This document shows, piece after piece, positions 1 through 11,782 of a stretch of 64,000 bases of DNA. Both the position numbers and the translations under genes were made by a program. The notes under the pieces are model-generated. The model made no database searches. It saw only the letters and a program-made list of their open reading frames with translations, and was not told the origin of the DNA. The number at the start of each line of letters is the position of its first letter. Positions within the stretch are counted from its first letter, which is position 1. Source of the stretch: Malacoraja senta (lineage: Eukaryota); NCBI GenBank assembly GCA_038087875.1, contig JAXLNO010002694.1, positions 434,001 to 498,000 of the forward strand, read 5' to 3'.

Positions 1-59
1 TAAAAATAAAAAAATAAAAAAGACTGCCTATGTTGACAGTTTATAAACAAACGATCATC

Positions 60-3000
60 AAATTAATATAACGCCAACTTTATCAACAAAGCACTCAACG
101 AGTCCCGCAGCGACCAACGTCCTCATGGACACCGCGTGTTCCCTCTCCATGGTCACGTGGGCACGGGCCTGGAAAAGGGGCAGGCAGCCGACCCCGGTGC
201 GGCCGTCAATTACCCACTGCCTATCCCGCGAATGGCCATCTTGGACAGGCCCAGGAGCAGACCACAGGGAGATCCTCCCCCCTCCCTCCCGACCTTCCCC
301 CTTCTTTACCGGGTGCCCAAACATCAGGAGTGTGGGGCTAAAATGTAGCCAAAACCTAAGGAACAGCCCCTTCAGATAGTCGAACAGGGGCTACAACCTC
401 TCACACTGCATGTACAAGTGAAACACGGTCTCTTCCTCGCAGCAGAATGACAGGCGGCTGGCGCATCCGTTAACCGGCTCAAGTATCTGATACATGCCAC
501 AGCCATGTACAACACTCTCCACCCCAGGTCCCCAATGTAAAGGCGAGGACTGCCTTGTAGAGAGAACTCCACTGAGGACCACTCCCGCCGTCAGGTGGTA
601 ACACGGACTGCCAGGGCGTGTCTGGATGGAAGACAAGGGCGAGGAAGTGCAGCCTGTACAGTACGCGCCTCTCTGCATCATGGAACGGTATATTGGAAAG
701 GCGGCTCATGATGCAGGGGGCCGGCTCTCGGGAAGGAACCGGGCCCGTAGGTCCTATGAGCAATTCCGAAGGAGCGGGGGTAAGCTCGGCCGGAATGGCA
801 CCAAGCACATGCCTATCCTCGATACACACCATGACAAGGTGAAGACTGGCCACCCTCACAGCCACAACACCCCGCTGCCCCCCATGTGGAGCTGCGCCCT
901 GGCTGGAGGTGACCAAATGCCTGGCTTTAAGTATTTTTCGATAAAATCAAAGCAACTCCCGCCTAGCGTGTCGACTGATGCCCGCTACCGGGAGCTGTGT
1001 GCCCTCCTGGGGGTAGCGACCGTTTTGGAAAAAGTACTTCACCATCGCGTGCCATGCAGGAAGACACACGGAATACATATACCTCTGCGGGGTCCTGAGA
1101 CGGAGAGCTGCCACCTGAGTACGGACGCAAACCAGCGCCTGACCGCCCTCCTCTAACGTGAGACCCAGAACCCCTGCACAACGCCAATGATTCCTCTCTC
1201 CCCAGAAGATGTTCACCAACCTCCTCTGGATCATGGTGACAAATAAAGAGGGCGGGACCAGAGTGGCCAGCCGGTACCACAACATAGAGGCCAACAAGGC
1301 GGACTGCAGGAGTGGGGCGCCGTTGTGTATGGCTGCTGTGCCTGCAGTCCGCCCTTTCACCCTTTTTTATTTTTATTTTTATTTTTAGTCCCGTTAAAAA
1401 ACAAAATGTTAGTTGGAGGTCTTTTATGTGGTGGGTGGGGGAGGGGAAGGGGGAAACCTTATTTCCTAGTTGTTCCCTGGCCGGAGAGGTGGCTTCCCTC
1501 CGAGCTGCTTCTTCGCCCCTTCCTCGCGGCCTACCTTCGGACTGGGACGGCGTTTCCTGTCGGGACCGGCCGGGACTACAGCTTCGGCGGCGGCGCAGCG
1601 CTGGGACACCATCATGGAACGGGCGATGCCTTACCGGGTCGCCGTGCGGTAAGCTCCGGGGTGCTGTGACCGCCGACTCTAACATCTGAGGAGATGTGGG
1701 TGCGGGCGTCCAGCCGCGGGTGGCGCTGGACTTAAAACACCGCGGAGCCTGGGATCCGAGATCGCCAGAGTCGGAGCTACAACCAGGGCGGCCTGAGGAC
1801 TTCGGGTGCCGCGGTCTCCGGGGTGGAGGCGGCGCTCCAGACTTTCCAAGCCGCTGAGAAGTGTTCACCGGACGCCGGAGTTGCATCTTCCCGGCAAGAG
1901 GGCCTGAAAACTTCGGACTGGCTGCAAGGCCACAAATGGGTCCCGACCTCGGGTGGTCACAGAGGAAGAAGACTAACCTTTCTGGTGCCTTTCCCCACAG
2001 TGGACATTTTTGATTCTGTTGTGGGGGGGGGGGGGTGGGGGGGGAGGGATGCGGTGCGTTTGTGTTGAACTCTATAATGTGTTGTGTCATTTTGCTTTTT
2101 AAAAAAAATTCTATGGATGTACGGAAACTTATTATTTATTTTATGTAAAGCACTTTGATTTCAACGCGAGTTGATTTAAAACGTGCTATATAAATAAAAC
2201 ATACTTACTTACTTACTTACTTACTAACAGCTGGTTTATGACCAATGCTCTCCCCTGGTAAGCGTGCATGCCAAGGAGGCCTGATCAACGCCTTAGCCGG
2301 GCGACGACTTTTGCCTCTAGGCCCTGCCAGTTCGCCGGCCAAGCCCCCTCAGTGGGACTCAGGTAGACCCCCAGGTAGAGGAGCAGGCTGCTCCATGCAT
2401 AAGCTGTCTTCTCCTCCGGCAGGGAGTCCACCTCCCACTGACCCACCAAGAGACCAGAACACTTCCCCAGTTGATTCTGGCGGAGAATGCAGCCAATAAA
2501 ACCTACTGGCACTCACGCATCCTCCGCAGGTCAACAGGGTCAGTGAACATCAGAAGGACATCATCGGCATAGGCCGAGAGAACCACCTCCATCCGCGGCC
2601 CCGGCAACGTCAGGCCTGTCAACCGCCTCCGGAGAAGGCACAGGAATGGCTCTACACAGATGGAATAAAACTGGCCGGACATAGGATATCCCTGATGTAA
2701 CCCCCTCCTAAAGTGAATGGGGGCCAACAAAGAGCCAGTGACCTTAACAAGGCATTCCGCAGCAGCGTACAAAAGCTGGACTCGGTCCACGAATTGCGGT
2801 CCAATTCCGATCGCCTGCAGAATCCCAAGAAGGTAGTCGTGATCCACCCTGTCAAACGTCTTCTCCTGGTCAAGGGAGAGAAAGGCGACTGACTGTCCAG
2901 CCCCCTAGGTAGGATGGATCAGGTCCTGGACGAGATGGATATTGTCCTAGATGGACCGGCCCGGGTCTGTGTAGGACTGGTCTGGGTTGATCACTTGGGA

Positions 3001-4960
3001 CAGCACGGGACACAGGCAATTCGCCATTGCCCGTACAAAGACTTTGTATTATGTGCTGAGGAGAGAGACCGGGCGCCAGTTCTTCAAAAGGCGGAGATCG
3101 CCCTGCTTGGGCAGCAGGATAACGACTGCCCTGTGCCGCGAGAAGGGCATCTCCCCGGTCGCCAGGCTCTCCCCCAGGACCTTCATATAGGCACCACCAT
3201 AGGACATTCCAGAAGGCTCTAAGAAACTCCACCGTCAGTCCATCCAGTCCTGGAGACTTGCCCCCCCCCCCCTGAGCTGATGCAGGGTAGCAGTCAGCTC
3301 CTCCAGAGTTAAGGGATCATTGAGGCCCTCAGCCACCTATTTGCACACTACGGGTAAGCCCTCCCACAGGACACCCTGCGCATCCCCACTAGATGTACCC
3401 GCGGAGAACAGAGTTTTGTAGAAAGACCGAACCGATGCACCGATGCTCTCTGGATCTGTGACAGAGGAGCCATCATCCGCAAGCAACTCAACGAGCTGCC
3501 TGCGGGCACCTCGCCACTTCTCCAGGGAGAAGAAAAAGGGGGAGGCCTGGTACAGATCGTGCAACATCGAGACTCGCGACTTCACATACGCGCCCCGGGA
3601 CCTCCGAAGCTGCAAGTCCCTCAGCGCACCCTTCTACTCCTGGTACTAATGCCACTCGCAAGAATCCCCACCAGTCCGACCCAGGCGAGACTCCAAGTCG
3701 AGCAGCTCGCTCTCAAGCCGTCCGATCTCGGACACCCACCCCTCGGTCGCCCCCTCGCATAGTCTTGGCAAAACACACTGATGTAGTTCTTCCCCACGTC
3801 CCACCACTGCCTTTGGGAAAGGAAACGCCGCTGCCACTCTCTCCACTTTGCCCAAAACTGCCTGACCGAAACCCGCAATCAGCGATTCTCCAGCAGCTGG
3901 TTATTAAAATGCCTGCACACGGACCCTGCCCGTGTGAGCGCTGGGATAAAGTCCACTCGCACCAGGCAGTGGTCCGAGCATGGCACCGCCGAGACACAGG
4001 AGCCATAGGCCTTGGGAACGTATAAGCGGTCAATATGGGAACCACCCCCTTCAAACCTGTACGAGAAGGCACTGGAGTCAGAATGGAACTAGCTCAAAAG
4101 AGTCTACCAGCTCCCTTAATGTCTTCACTGCTGCCGGGTCACACTGAATGCCAGAGCGATCTCGCGCCTCGACGGTACAATTAACTCCTCCCCCAAGGAA
4201 AACACCCTCTCCACAGTCGAGGGTATTCAACAAAGTGGTCACCTCCCAGGTTAGGCGCGTCTGCATTGCGCCGAACTTGGCGGCGTCCACATTGATAAAG
4301 TGTAACGGCACACCATCCAGGCGCACGGCCAGATACAGCAACCGGCCTGGTACAATTTCGTGCACCTTGAAGATCTCCGGCTGAAAAGATGGGGCCAACA
4401 GGAAAGCCACTCTACTCGAATTGGTGTTAAGATGGCTCATGTTGACCCCCCCCCTTTCCCACTCCAGGAGCCAGGTGGGTTCATCACGAGCCACAGTGTG
4501 TGTTTCCTCCAAGAAGCTCACCGCGTACCTCCCAACCCTGAGCACGGAGAGGTGGTGAAACCTACGGAGAGACCCCCCTGCCCCCATTGATATTCAGGCT
4601 GGCTATAGTGAGCTTCATTTTGAATTTACACTAGATCTTTTACCAGCACCCGGTGATGGAGTGGAGTCGCCCCTGCCTTCTGCCCTCTCTTTAAAAAGCA
4701 CTTGGAACTGGCGCCGCTCATTTTCCGTGCGACCCGCCTCCTTTCCTTTCTTCTGATGGATGGCATAAATGGACTGCATGGGTCCCGCCAGGTCCGCCCA
4801 GCGGTCAGCTGCTAACTCCGCCTTATTCCTACTCCCGCTGGAGTCCTTCAAGAACATCCGGATTTTCCAGACTTCAACAAGTCGAGGTCTCCGGGGTGCG
4901 GGTAGGGCAGTTCGTCAACTCACTGTCGACGGAGTCCGCTTCACGCTCCTCCCACACTAC
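60..4960 (-). mobile_element. Decayed Tx1-clade (L1-like) non-LTR retrotransposon: ORF1 C-terminus plus near-full ORF2 (APE endonuclease, RT, C-terminal Cys/His domain)
   Basis: ORF2 starts at 4618 (MKLTIASLNING). Minus-strand fragments read FLEETH, PGRLLYLAVR, WRPVSLL, LDQEKTFDRVDH, GLHQGYPMSG, SAYADDVLL, LASMLWYRLATLVPP, GDLGWRVL and ETVFHLYMQC. Many stops and frameshifts. Interrupted by an insertion at 1297-2225. Confidence 0.9.
1297..2225 (+). mobile_element. About 930-bp CpG-rich non-coding retroposon with an L2-type 3' end, inserted into the Tx1 ORF2
   Basis: 4-bp TSD AACA (1293-1296 and 2226-2229); removing the insert restores Tx1 INQLLASMLW. Ends in tgtaaagcactttg...gtgctatataaataaa plus an (ACTT)n tail, resembling the L2 3' end at 61090-61180. 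Core is homologous to 52615-53160. Confidence 0.75.
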
Positions 4961-5794
4961 TCTTCTCTGATCCCATACTGAATCCGATGGCTGTAGAAAG
5001 GTAGCTGTCCCTTTACAAGAATGATTCCAGGCCTGAGTGGGTTAGCACATGACACAAGAGAGCAGACCCAGTCCGGTCAATGACACCTTCATTAAAAGGA
5101 TTAAAAGAATAAAAACCCCGTTTTACTAGTTTAAAAAAAAAGGCCATTTGTCAGTCTGAAGAAGGGTCCCACCTCAAAACGTCAACTATTTATGTTCTCC
5201 ACAGATGCTATCTGAACAGCTGGGTTACTCCAGCACTTTTATGCAAACCAACATCTGCAGTTCGTTTTTTCTGTGTAATATGAATCGTGCCTTGAATAAG
5301 CATTGTAATAGAATATGTGTCTCGCATAACCAGTGAGAAAATGATGAACTTATGTAAAGGAGAAAGGTGGCTGAAGGCAAATGTGAGTCTCGAAAACAGA
5401 GAGGCAGGCAAATGTATACTGGGGAAAGACAGGAAAAGCTGGACTAGCTCAGCAGGTCAGATAGCATCTCTGGAGAAAAGGAATAAGTGGCATTTCAGGT
5501 CGAGTCCCTTCTTCAGACTGAGGGTCCGGGGAAGAGGGAATGAGATATATAGATGGCGATGTAGTGAGACATAGAACAAATGAATGAAAGATATGCAGAA
5601 AAGTAATGCTGAAAAGGGGAAAATGCCATTGTTAGCTGTGCTGGGTGAAAACAAGTTACAGACAATGAGACTCAACAAGACGACTTTGAAGCTGGTACGA
5701 CTTGGGAGGTGGAGTGATGGAGAAAGAGGGGATGCGAGGTTTACTTGAAGTTTGAGAAATTATTATTCATATAATGACAAGGCAGGGGAATTAC

Positions 5795-6590
5795 ATAACT
5801 GATTTGTGTCGGTCATTACTGTAGTTCTGCTCAGAACCCAGACAGCAGGTAAATGCTCCAGCAAGATATTTCCCACGGCCAGCTCAGTTGCTTGTGAGAA
5901 TTTGTCGGAACCTGACATTTCCAGCCTAAAAATACATTCTCTATCCGAGATTACATGTAAGCTAAGCGATCTAGAAGTTACATTCCAAATCAACACCAAC
6001 ACAGCTGTGGCAAAGAGCGACACTGGAACTGGTAGTAATATTATGTCTCTGGCTGAGTTTTCCAGGGTCAAGAACACTGAAACTGTCGTAAACACGAAAG
6101 CTTCATTAATTCCATTTGGGGGAGGGGAGATTCGCCCAGTTGGCAGGGTTGACCTTCAGAGCCATCTGGCGACACATGTGCACAAGCTGGACCTTTTTTT
6201 AATTGTTTCAGGCAAGGTAACGACTCTACTTGGTATTGATGCCTGCCAGGACACGGGATTGATAAGCATTGCAGAAGAGGTGCACCAACTTTCCCCCACC
6301 CAAGAATCCACTGAACAAATTCTCGCTCAGTATAAGGAACTTTTTGACAATAAGCTTGGCAAGCTACCACTCAAATATTAACACACATATGTTATGCACC
6401 TCCCGGATCCTAATTCCAGTCCGGGTCTTACCTCACAGTCACCATGTGTTACTAACGTTTTTAGCCACTAGTCATTAGTCGGGATGTCGTCACGGTGGTG
6501 ACTAATTGTAGTGTAACTTTACTATATGCTAATAAACTTGTTGGACCTTTAGTTGGTGTGTTCTTTATTAGCTCTACAATTACAGAAGAT
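5795..6590 (+). mobile_element. Ty3/Gypsy LTR-retrotransposon fragment (aspartic protease region plus probable LTR remnant)
   Basis: ORF 5806-6381 has a DTG protease motif (AKSDTGTGSNIMSL) and TLLGIDACQDTGLI...ILAQYKELFD..LGKL, typical of Gypsy pol just before RT. Confidence 0.7.
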
Positions 6591-7856
6591 ACAAAATAAT
6601 CAGTCAGGAATATGAAAGGAGGGTAGTCGAGGCCAATAGTATTAACACATTAAAAATACATTAAGACGGGTGCATGGTTAGGAAAGTTGCAGAGGTATAT
6701 GGGTCAAATGCAGCCAGCTGGGACTAGTGAGAACAGGCATCTTGGTCGACATAGGCAAGTTGGGGCAAGGGGCCCGTTTCCGTGCTGAATGACTATCGCT
6801 TGACTATTCGGAGAATGAGGGAATGAAGGAAATATGTATTTATTATCAGCTGTTCGCAATATTAAGTTTATCAAGAAGAGAGGCAGCGCACTTGGATAGA
6901 CCAAAGCAGATAAATTCCAATGACCGCAGCACAACGGTATGAATATTGAGTAGGAAGGAACTGCAGATGCTGGTTTAAACTGAAGATAGACACAAAAAGC
7001 TGGAGTAACTCACCGGGACAGACAGCATCCATGGAGAGAATGTATGGGTGACGTTCCGGGTCTGGAGTCTAACTTCAAGTAACCCTGGCATTCCCTCCAT
7101 CTCCATCCCTCTCTAAGTCGCACCAGCTTGTTTTCTCCCAACAAACAGTTAACAAGGGCCTGTTTCCTTTATCATTGTTACATTTTTGCATTTATTTGAT
7201 TCATCGTACTTTGTCTCTCAACATCATCAGTTATATCTCTCGTTTCCCTTTCCCCTGACTAGTCCGAGACGGGTCTCGACGTGAAACGTCGCCCATTCCT
7301 TCTCTCCAGACATGCTGCCTGTCCCGCTGAGTTACTCCAGTTTGTTTTGGATGTCTTTCTCCTTCTTTTGTCTTCCAATCAAAGTTGGAGTGCAGCAGCA
7401 TTGTGGCAGGGAACATATCACATCTCCAAAGGCGAGGCTCCAGTCTGAGTCATGGAGCCACACAGCATGGATTTAAATGCTTCGACCCACCTTGTCCATG
7501 CCGACCAAGTTGTCATTCGGGCTGATGAAAGACCCAAAATGCTGGAGTAACTCAGCGGGACATGCAGCACCTCTGAAAACCAAGAATGTGTGACATTTCG
7601 GGTCAAGAATATCCGCTGACATGTCTAAAGAAGGATCTTGAACCGCAAAGTTTCTTTCCGGAAATGCAACCTGTACCGCTGAGATATTCCAGCGTTTTGT
7701 GGCTATGTTCGGTGTAAATTAGCATCTGCAGTTCCTTTCTACGTATTGTCATCTGGGCAAGACCCATTTGCCTGCATTTGACCCATATATCTCTAAATCC
7801 GATCCATGCAAATGTTTAAATATCCGTTCAAACTTTCAATTACCACATAGAATGCT

Positions 7857-8140
7857 GGTGGCACAGTGGCGCAAATGATAGAGCTGCTGGTGCACAGCGC
7901 CATAGAACCAGGTTCGATCCTGACCTCAGGAACAGTCAGTGTGGAGTTTGCACGTTTTCCCTGTGGCCAAATGGGTTTTCTCCGGAGGGTCTGGTTTCCT
8001 TGTACATCCCAAAGACATAAGAGTTTATAAGTTATTTGGACCTGGTGTGCATGAGTGGATGAGAAAATTGAATAACATAGAACTAGTGTGAACGGATGAT
8101 CAGTGGTCGGCGTGGATTCAGTGTGGTAAAGGTCCATAAG
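7857..8140 (+). mobile_element. tRNA-derived V-SINE/HE1-like SINE
   Basis: A-box-like TGGCACAGTGG, B-box GGTTCGATCC and a V-domain-like ggttttctccggagggtctggtttcc. Mirror copy at about 24390-24680 (-). Confidence 0.75.
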
Positions 8141-8454
8141 AATGTATTCCCAATCTCTCAATCTACCTCATCCCTGCCCTTGCATTATTTCATTTACCTG
8201 CACTTTCTTTGCAACTGGAGCACATATTCTTCATGATTGTATTCATGTGCGGAGATGGGAGGAACCCATAGGTGAGTGTCGACACCCCCCCAGCACCATC
8301 CCAGTCCCTGCTCTATCTCACCCTCCCTCCAGCCACTCCCCTCTCCTCTCCATGCATTCAAAGTCTGTGAGGCAACACGCAACACAAACAAGCCAGACAG
8401 GTGAGGCAACACGCAACACCGACAAGCCAAATAAGGTACAGAGTTCTCAGCGTC

Positions 8455-8905
8455 CGAGACCCCTCTCCTCTGCGCCTCCTTCCTCAGGGCGAAGCGCCCC
8501 CATCTCCCAGCGGTTTCCTGGACCATCACCGTGCGCCCGTTCCGGGTGGGCGACTCGCCGGAGGCCCGCAGGATCTCTCGGGGGTCTGCTGGACCTGCTT
8601 TGGCCGGCCTTCCGCCGGGCCCTGCTGTCGCCCGCCGACCCCTACCTTCTCGTGGCTATCGGGACCGCGGTCTACTGATCCGGCTGGCCCCTGACCTGGG
8701 CCGCTCTCCCCGTCGCCGCGCTGCTAGCCCTGCTCTACCTGGCCTGCCGCCAGGTCTGCGCCGAGTTCGTGAGGCAGAAGCTGGAGGCGGTCATTGAGTG
8801 GACGTAGGTGGGGAGGACGGGGATGGGGTTATGGGTGGTGGAGGAGGTGGGGAGCGGTGGACTGCGGGAGGTGGTGGCAGCGCTGGATGACGATGGATAG
8901 CCGGA
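8455..8905 (+). pseudogene. NAT8-like pseudogene psi1 (5' half only)
   Basis: Homolog of the NAT8 5'UTR exon, with the start codon and about 12 codons deleted (ggacc-atc-accgtgcgc), a frameshift, TGA at 8676-8678 and truncation at the xQPG motif. Confidence 0.88.
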
Positions 8906-9071
8906 TCAGGTGTGGGTTAGGCGTGTCGGGTAAGGTGGGGGAAGTTTCGCAATGAGGTTTGATCTATTTTTAACGCTGCATCAGAAAAGCTGCCAACATA
9001 ATCAAAAACTTGTCAAACCACCGAGGCATTCCTCCTTCTCCTTGCACCCGCCCGGTAGAAGGTAAGGAAGC

Positions 9072-9130
9072 TTGAAAGCACGCACCACCAGACTCAGGAA
9101 CAGCTTCTCCTCTGTTATCAGACTTGTGGA
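9072..9130 (+). mobile_element. Rex1/Babar LINE ORF2 C-terminal fragment
   Basis: KARTTRLRNSFSSVIRL resembles the Rex1 C-terminal motif RTTRLRNSFFPxAIRLLN. Similar fragments at about 9850-9900, 20460-20730 and 43390-43630. Confidence 0.6.
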
Positions 9131-9949
9131 CAGTACTTCCATAAGCTTGGGGACCGGTATGGCGAAGGGGTGGATGGTGGGGGAGGTGTGGGAGGAGGTG
9201 AAGGTTTGGGGTGTGGGGCGGATGGGCTGTCCTGCTGGGGTGGAGGTGGTGGGGGGTGGGGATCATCTCCACTCCCCCTCCCCCTCCGGTACCAGCTTCG
9301 AGGGGGAGCCTGTCTCCAGACTGTCCTCAAGGAGAGGGGAGCAACCGGTAGGTAAGTCTCGACACATTCACAGCATCGTCCCAGTCCCTGCTCCCTCTCA
9401 CCCTTCCTCCTGCCCATCCCTTCTCCATGCATTCAAAGCAGGGCAGGCAACAAGGGACACATGTACAAACAATCCAAACTCGCTCGACAGGCAGAGCAAC
9501 GAGAAAGGTACAGAGTTCTCGGCGTCATAGCGCTGGGGTTGCAGGTAAAGTGCACTGTCCATAATGAAATGTAGACAAAAATGCTGGAGAAACTCAGCGG
9601 GTGAGGCAGCATCTACGGAGCGATGGAATAGGCGAAGTAGTCTGAAGGAATAGGTGAATAGTCTGAAGAAGGGTCTCGACCAGAAACGTCGCATATTCCT
9701 TCGCTCAAAAGATGCTGCCACACCCGCTGAGTTTCTCCAGCATTTTTGTCTACCTTCGATTTTTCCAGCATCTGCGGTTCTTTCTAAAATAATTGTCCAT
9801 AATGAGGTAGGTCGGAGAATCGGGATTGTACCCCAGCTTATGGAAGGGCTGTTCAGAAGCCTGGTAACAGAGGGGACGAAGCTGTCCCCTGATTCGGGTG
9901 CAAGGGAATGCTGTTGCTGCAGTTTGGGTGCGGCCTCACTCAGGCAGAG

Positions 9950-10140
9950 AAGGAGGTCCGGGACAGAAAGGGTGGAGTAGGAATTGCAAGGGGAATTAAA
10001 AGGTTTAGCAACTGGGACATCCAGCAGGTCTTGGCAGACTGAGCGCAAGTATTCGGCGAAGCGGTTTCTTAGTCTGTCTTGCCGATATTTTGAAAGCCAC
10101 ATTGGGAACACCGAACGTTGTAGATGACAATTAAAATACA
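9950..10140 (-). mobile_element. Penelope-like element GIY-YIG endonuclease fragment in the presumed NAT8 5'UTR intron
   Basis: Reads VIYxxRCSQCGFQNIGKTxxRLxNRFAEYLRSVCQDLLDVPVAKPFNSP. Paralogous copies at about 11270-11520 (-), 18610-18850 (+) and 22340-22570 (+). Confidence 0.75.
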
Positions 10141-10467
10141 TTTACACAGGTTCATGGATAGGAATGGTTTGGAGCAATATGTGCAAAATGTGGGCAGGTG
10201 GGACCTGCGTAAATGGGTCATCTGGTGTAGATGGGAACGATGGGTCGAATGGCCTGTTTCTCTGCTCGCTGACTCTATGAGGTTAGCGGAGATGAATGTG
10301 AATCTCTGTCAATTGACCTTTCTCTCTCTGCAGATCCGGACCCCTCTGTATCTCCTTCTTCAGGCTGGAGCTCCTCAACCTCCACCACTGATAAGCACGA
10401 ATGAGTGGCATATAAAAAGCTGGAGAAAGTCAGCGGGTGAGGCAGCATCTATGGAGCGAAGGAATGG

Positions 10468-10500
10468 GTGACGTTTCGGGTCGAGACCCTTCTTCAGACT
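10468..10500 (-). ncRNA. Minimal (short stem III) type I hammerhead ribozyme core within a Penelope-derived repeat
   Basis: Reverse complement AGU-CUGAAGA-A-GGGU(CUCG)ACCC-GAAA-C-GUC-ACCC contains the CUGANGA and GAAA boxes, a stem II hairpin, palindromic ACGU stem III and a GUC cleavage triplet. Confidence 0.6.
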
Positions 10501-10639
10501 GAATGGGTGACGTTTCGGGTCTAGACCTTTCATCAGGTCAATACTATCCGCTGACATGTCTGAAGAAGGGTCTCGACCCGCAACGTTTCTTTCCAGAAAT
10601 GCAAACTGACCCGCTGGTTGCTGTGTAAGGTTCATGACC

Positions 10640-10922
10640 CTGAACCGAGCTGCTGCCAGCTCCTCCACCTCTCGGTTCACCGGCGGTTCCGGGGTCTGGG
10701 CCGCAGACTGACCCACCGTGTGCTGTGGTTCGCCCGGGACAGCGGGACGGCAGAGAGTCGGTCCTGGACACCACCACCGCCCAGCATCCCACCATCCGGC
10801 TCTATTGTGTCCAGGGCTTCCAGGTGGCCAGGGACAAGGTGTCATTGCGCGGACAGGCCCTGCTCTCCTGCGTCGATTGCGAGATGAGGCTGGGTTCTGT
10901 GGAAGCCGGGTATTCCCACTGA
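10640..10922 (+). pseudogene. NAT8-like pseudogene psi2 (3' half of CDS; 3' flank continues to about 11100)
   Basis: EPSCCQLLHLSVHRRFRGLGRRLTHRVLWFARDSG, then a frameshift, then ESVLDTTTAQHPTIRLYCVQGFQV...CEMRL. The upstream acceptor (cag 10331-10333) is retained, but the N-terminal half is replaced by repeat fragments. Confidence 0.88.
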
Positions 10923-11782
10923 AGTGTACCCGGGACACGGGGAGTGCTGACATATCGATAAAGGAAACTTTCCAACGAGTTATAGTCCCTGATCTCATTG
11001 ATGTGGGGAGCGATGGCGATGCAGGTGAGGTGGGGAGTGCGGGAAGGGGAGCCGAGTGGAAACGGTTAGCAAGCATGAAGTGGAGATTGAACCAATGGCG
11101 GGGAGGGACTGGGCTGCATCTACAACTCTTTATGATATCCTGGGGTCTTCGGCAGAGCTGTTCCCAAAACAAGCTGTGATGCATCGCGTCCGGAAGCTTC
11201 CTCTGGTGCATCTGCAGACGTTTATACGAGTCATTAGTTACAGAAAATGGGGGGGAGATGCTGTTCGTGAATGTGAATATGAGTTGCTGTTCCTGCAGTT
11301 TGTGTGCGGCCACACTCAGAGAGAAGAGGGAGGCTCGGGACAGAGAGGTTGGAGTAGGAATTGGAAGGGTAATTAAAAGGTTTAGCGACTGGGAGATCCA
11401 GCAGGTCTTGGCAGGCTGGGCGCAAATATTCGGCGAAGCGGTTTCCTAGTCTATCTTGGCCGATATATTGAAAACCACATTGGGAACACCAAATGCAGTA
11501 GATGACAAATAAAATACATTTGGACAGGTTGATGGATTGGAAAAGTTTGGAGCAATATGGGCAAAAATGTGGGCAGGTGAGACCTGCGTAAATGGGACAT
11601 CTGGTGTGCATGGGTTGGGCCGAAGGGCATGTTTCTCTGCTCTCTGGCTCTATGAGGTTAGAGGAGATGAATGTGAATCTCTGTCTCAATTGACCTTTCT
11701 CTCTGTGCAGATCCGGACCCCTCTCCTCTGCATCTCCTTCTTCAGGCCGAAGCTTCTCCATCTCTCAGCGGCTCCCTGGACC

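Noticed and set aside
963-2090. 375-aa minus-strand ORF
   Set aside because: Spans the CpG-rich insert and a Tx1 junction out of frame; Pro/Arg-rich with no homology signal.
11537-11782. 82-aa N-terminal extension of NAT8 copy A in the ORF track (and the 56-aa extension of copy B, 22068-22235)
   Set aside because: These run through a polypyrimidine tract and splice acceptor and through SINE-like sequence. Family homology starts at the Met at 11783 (A) and 22067 (B).
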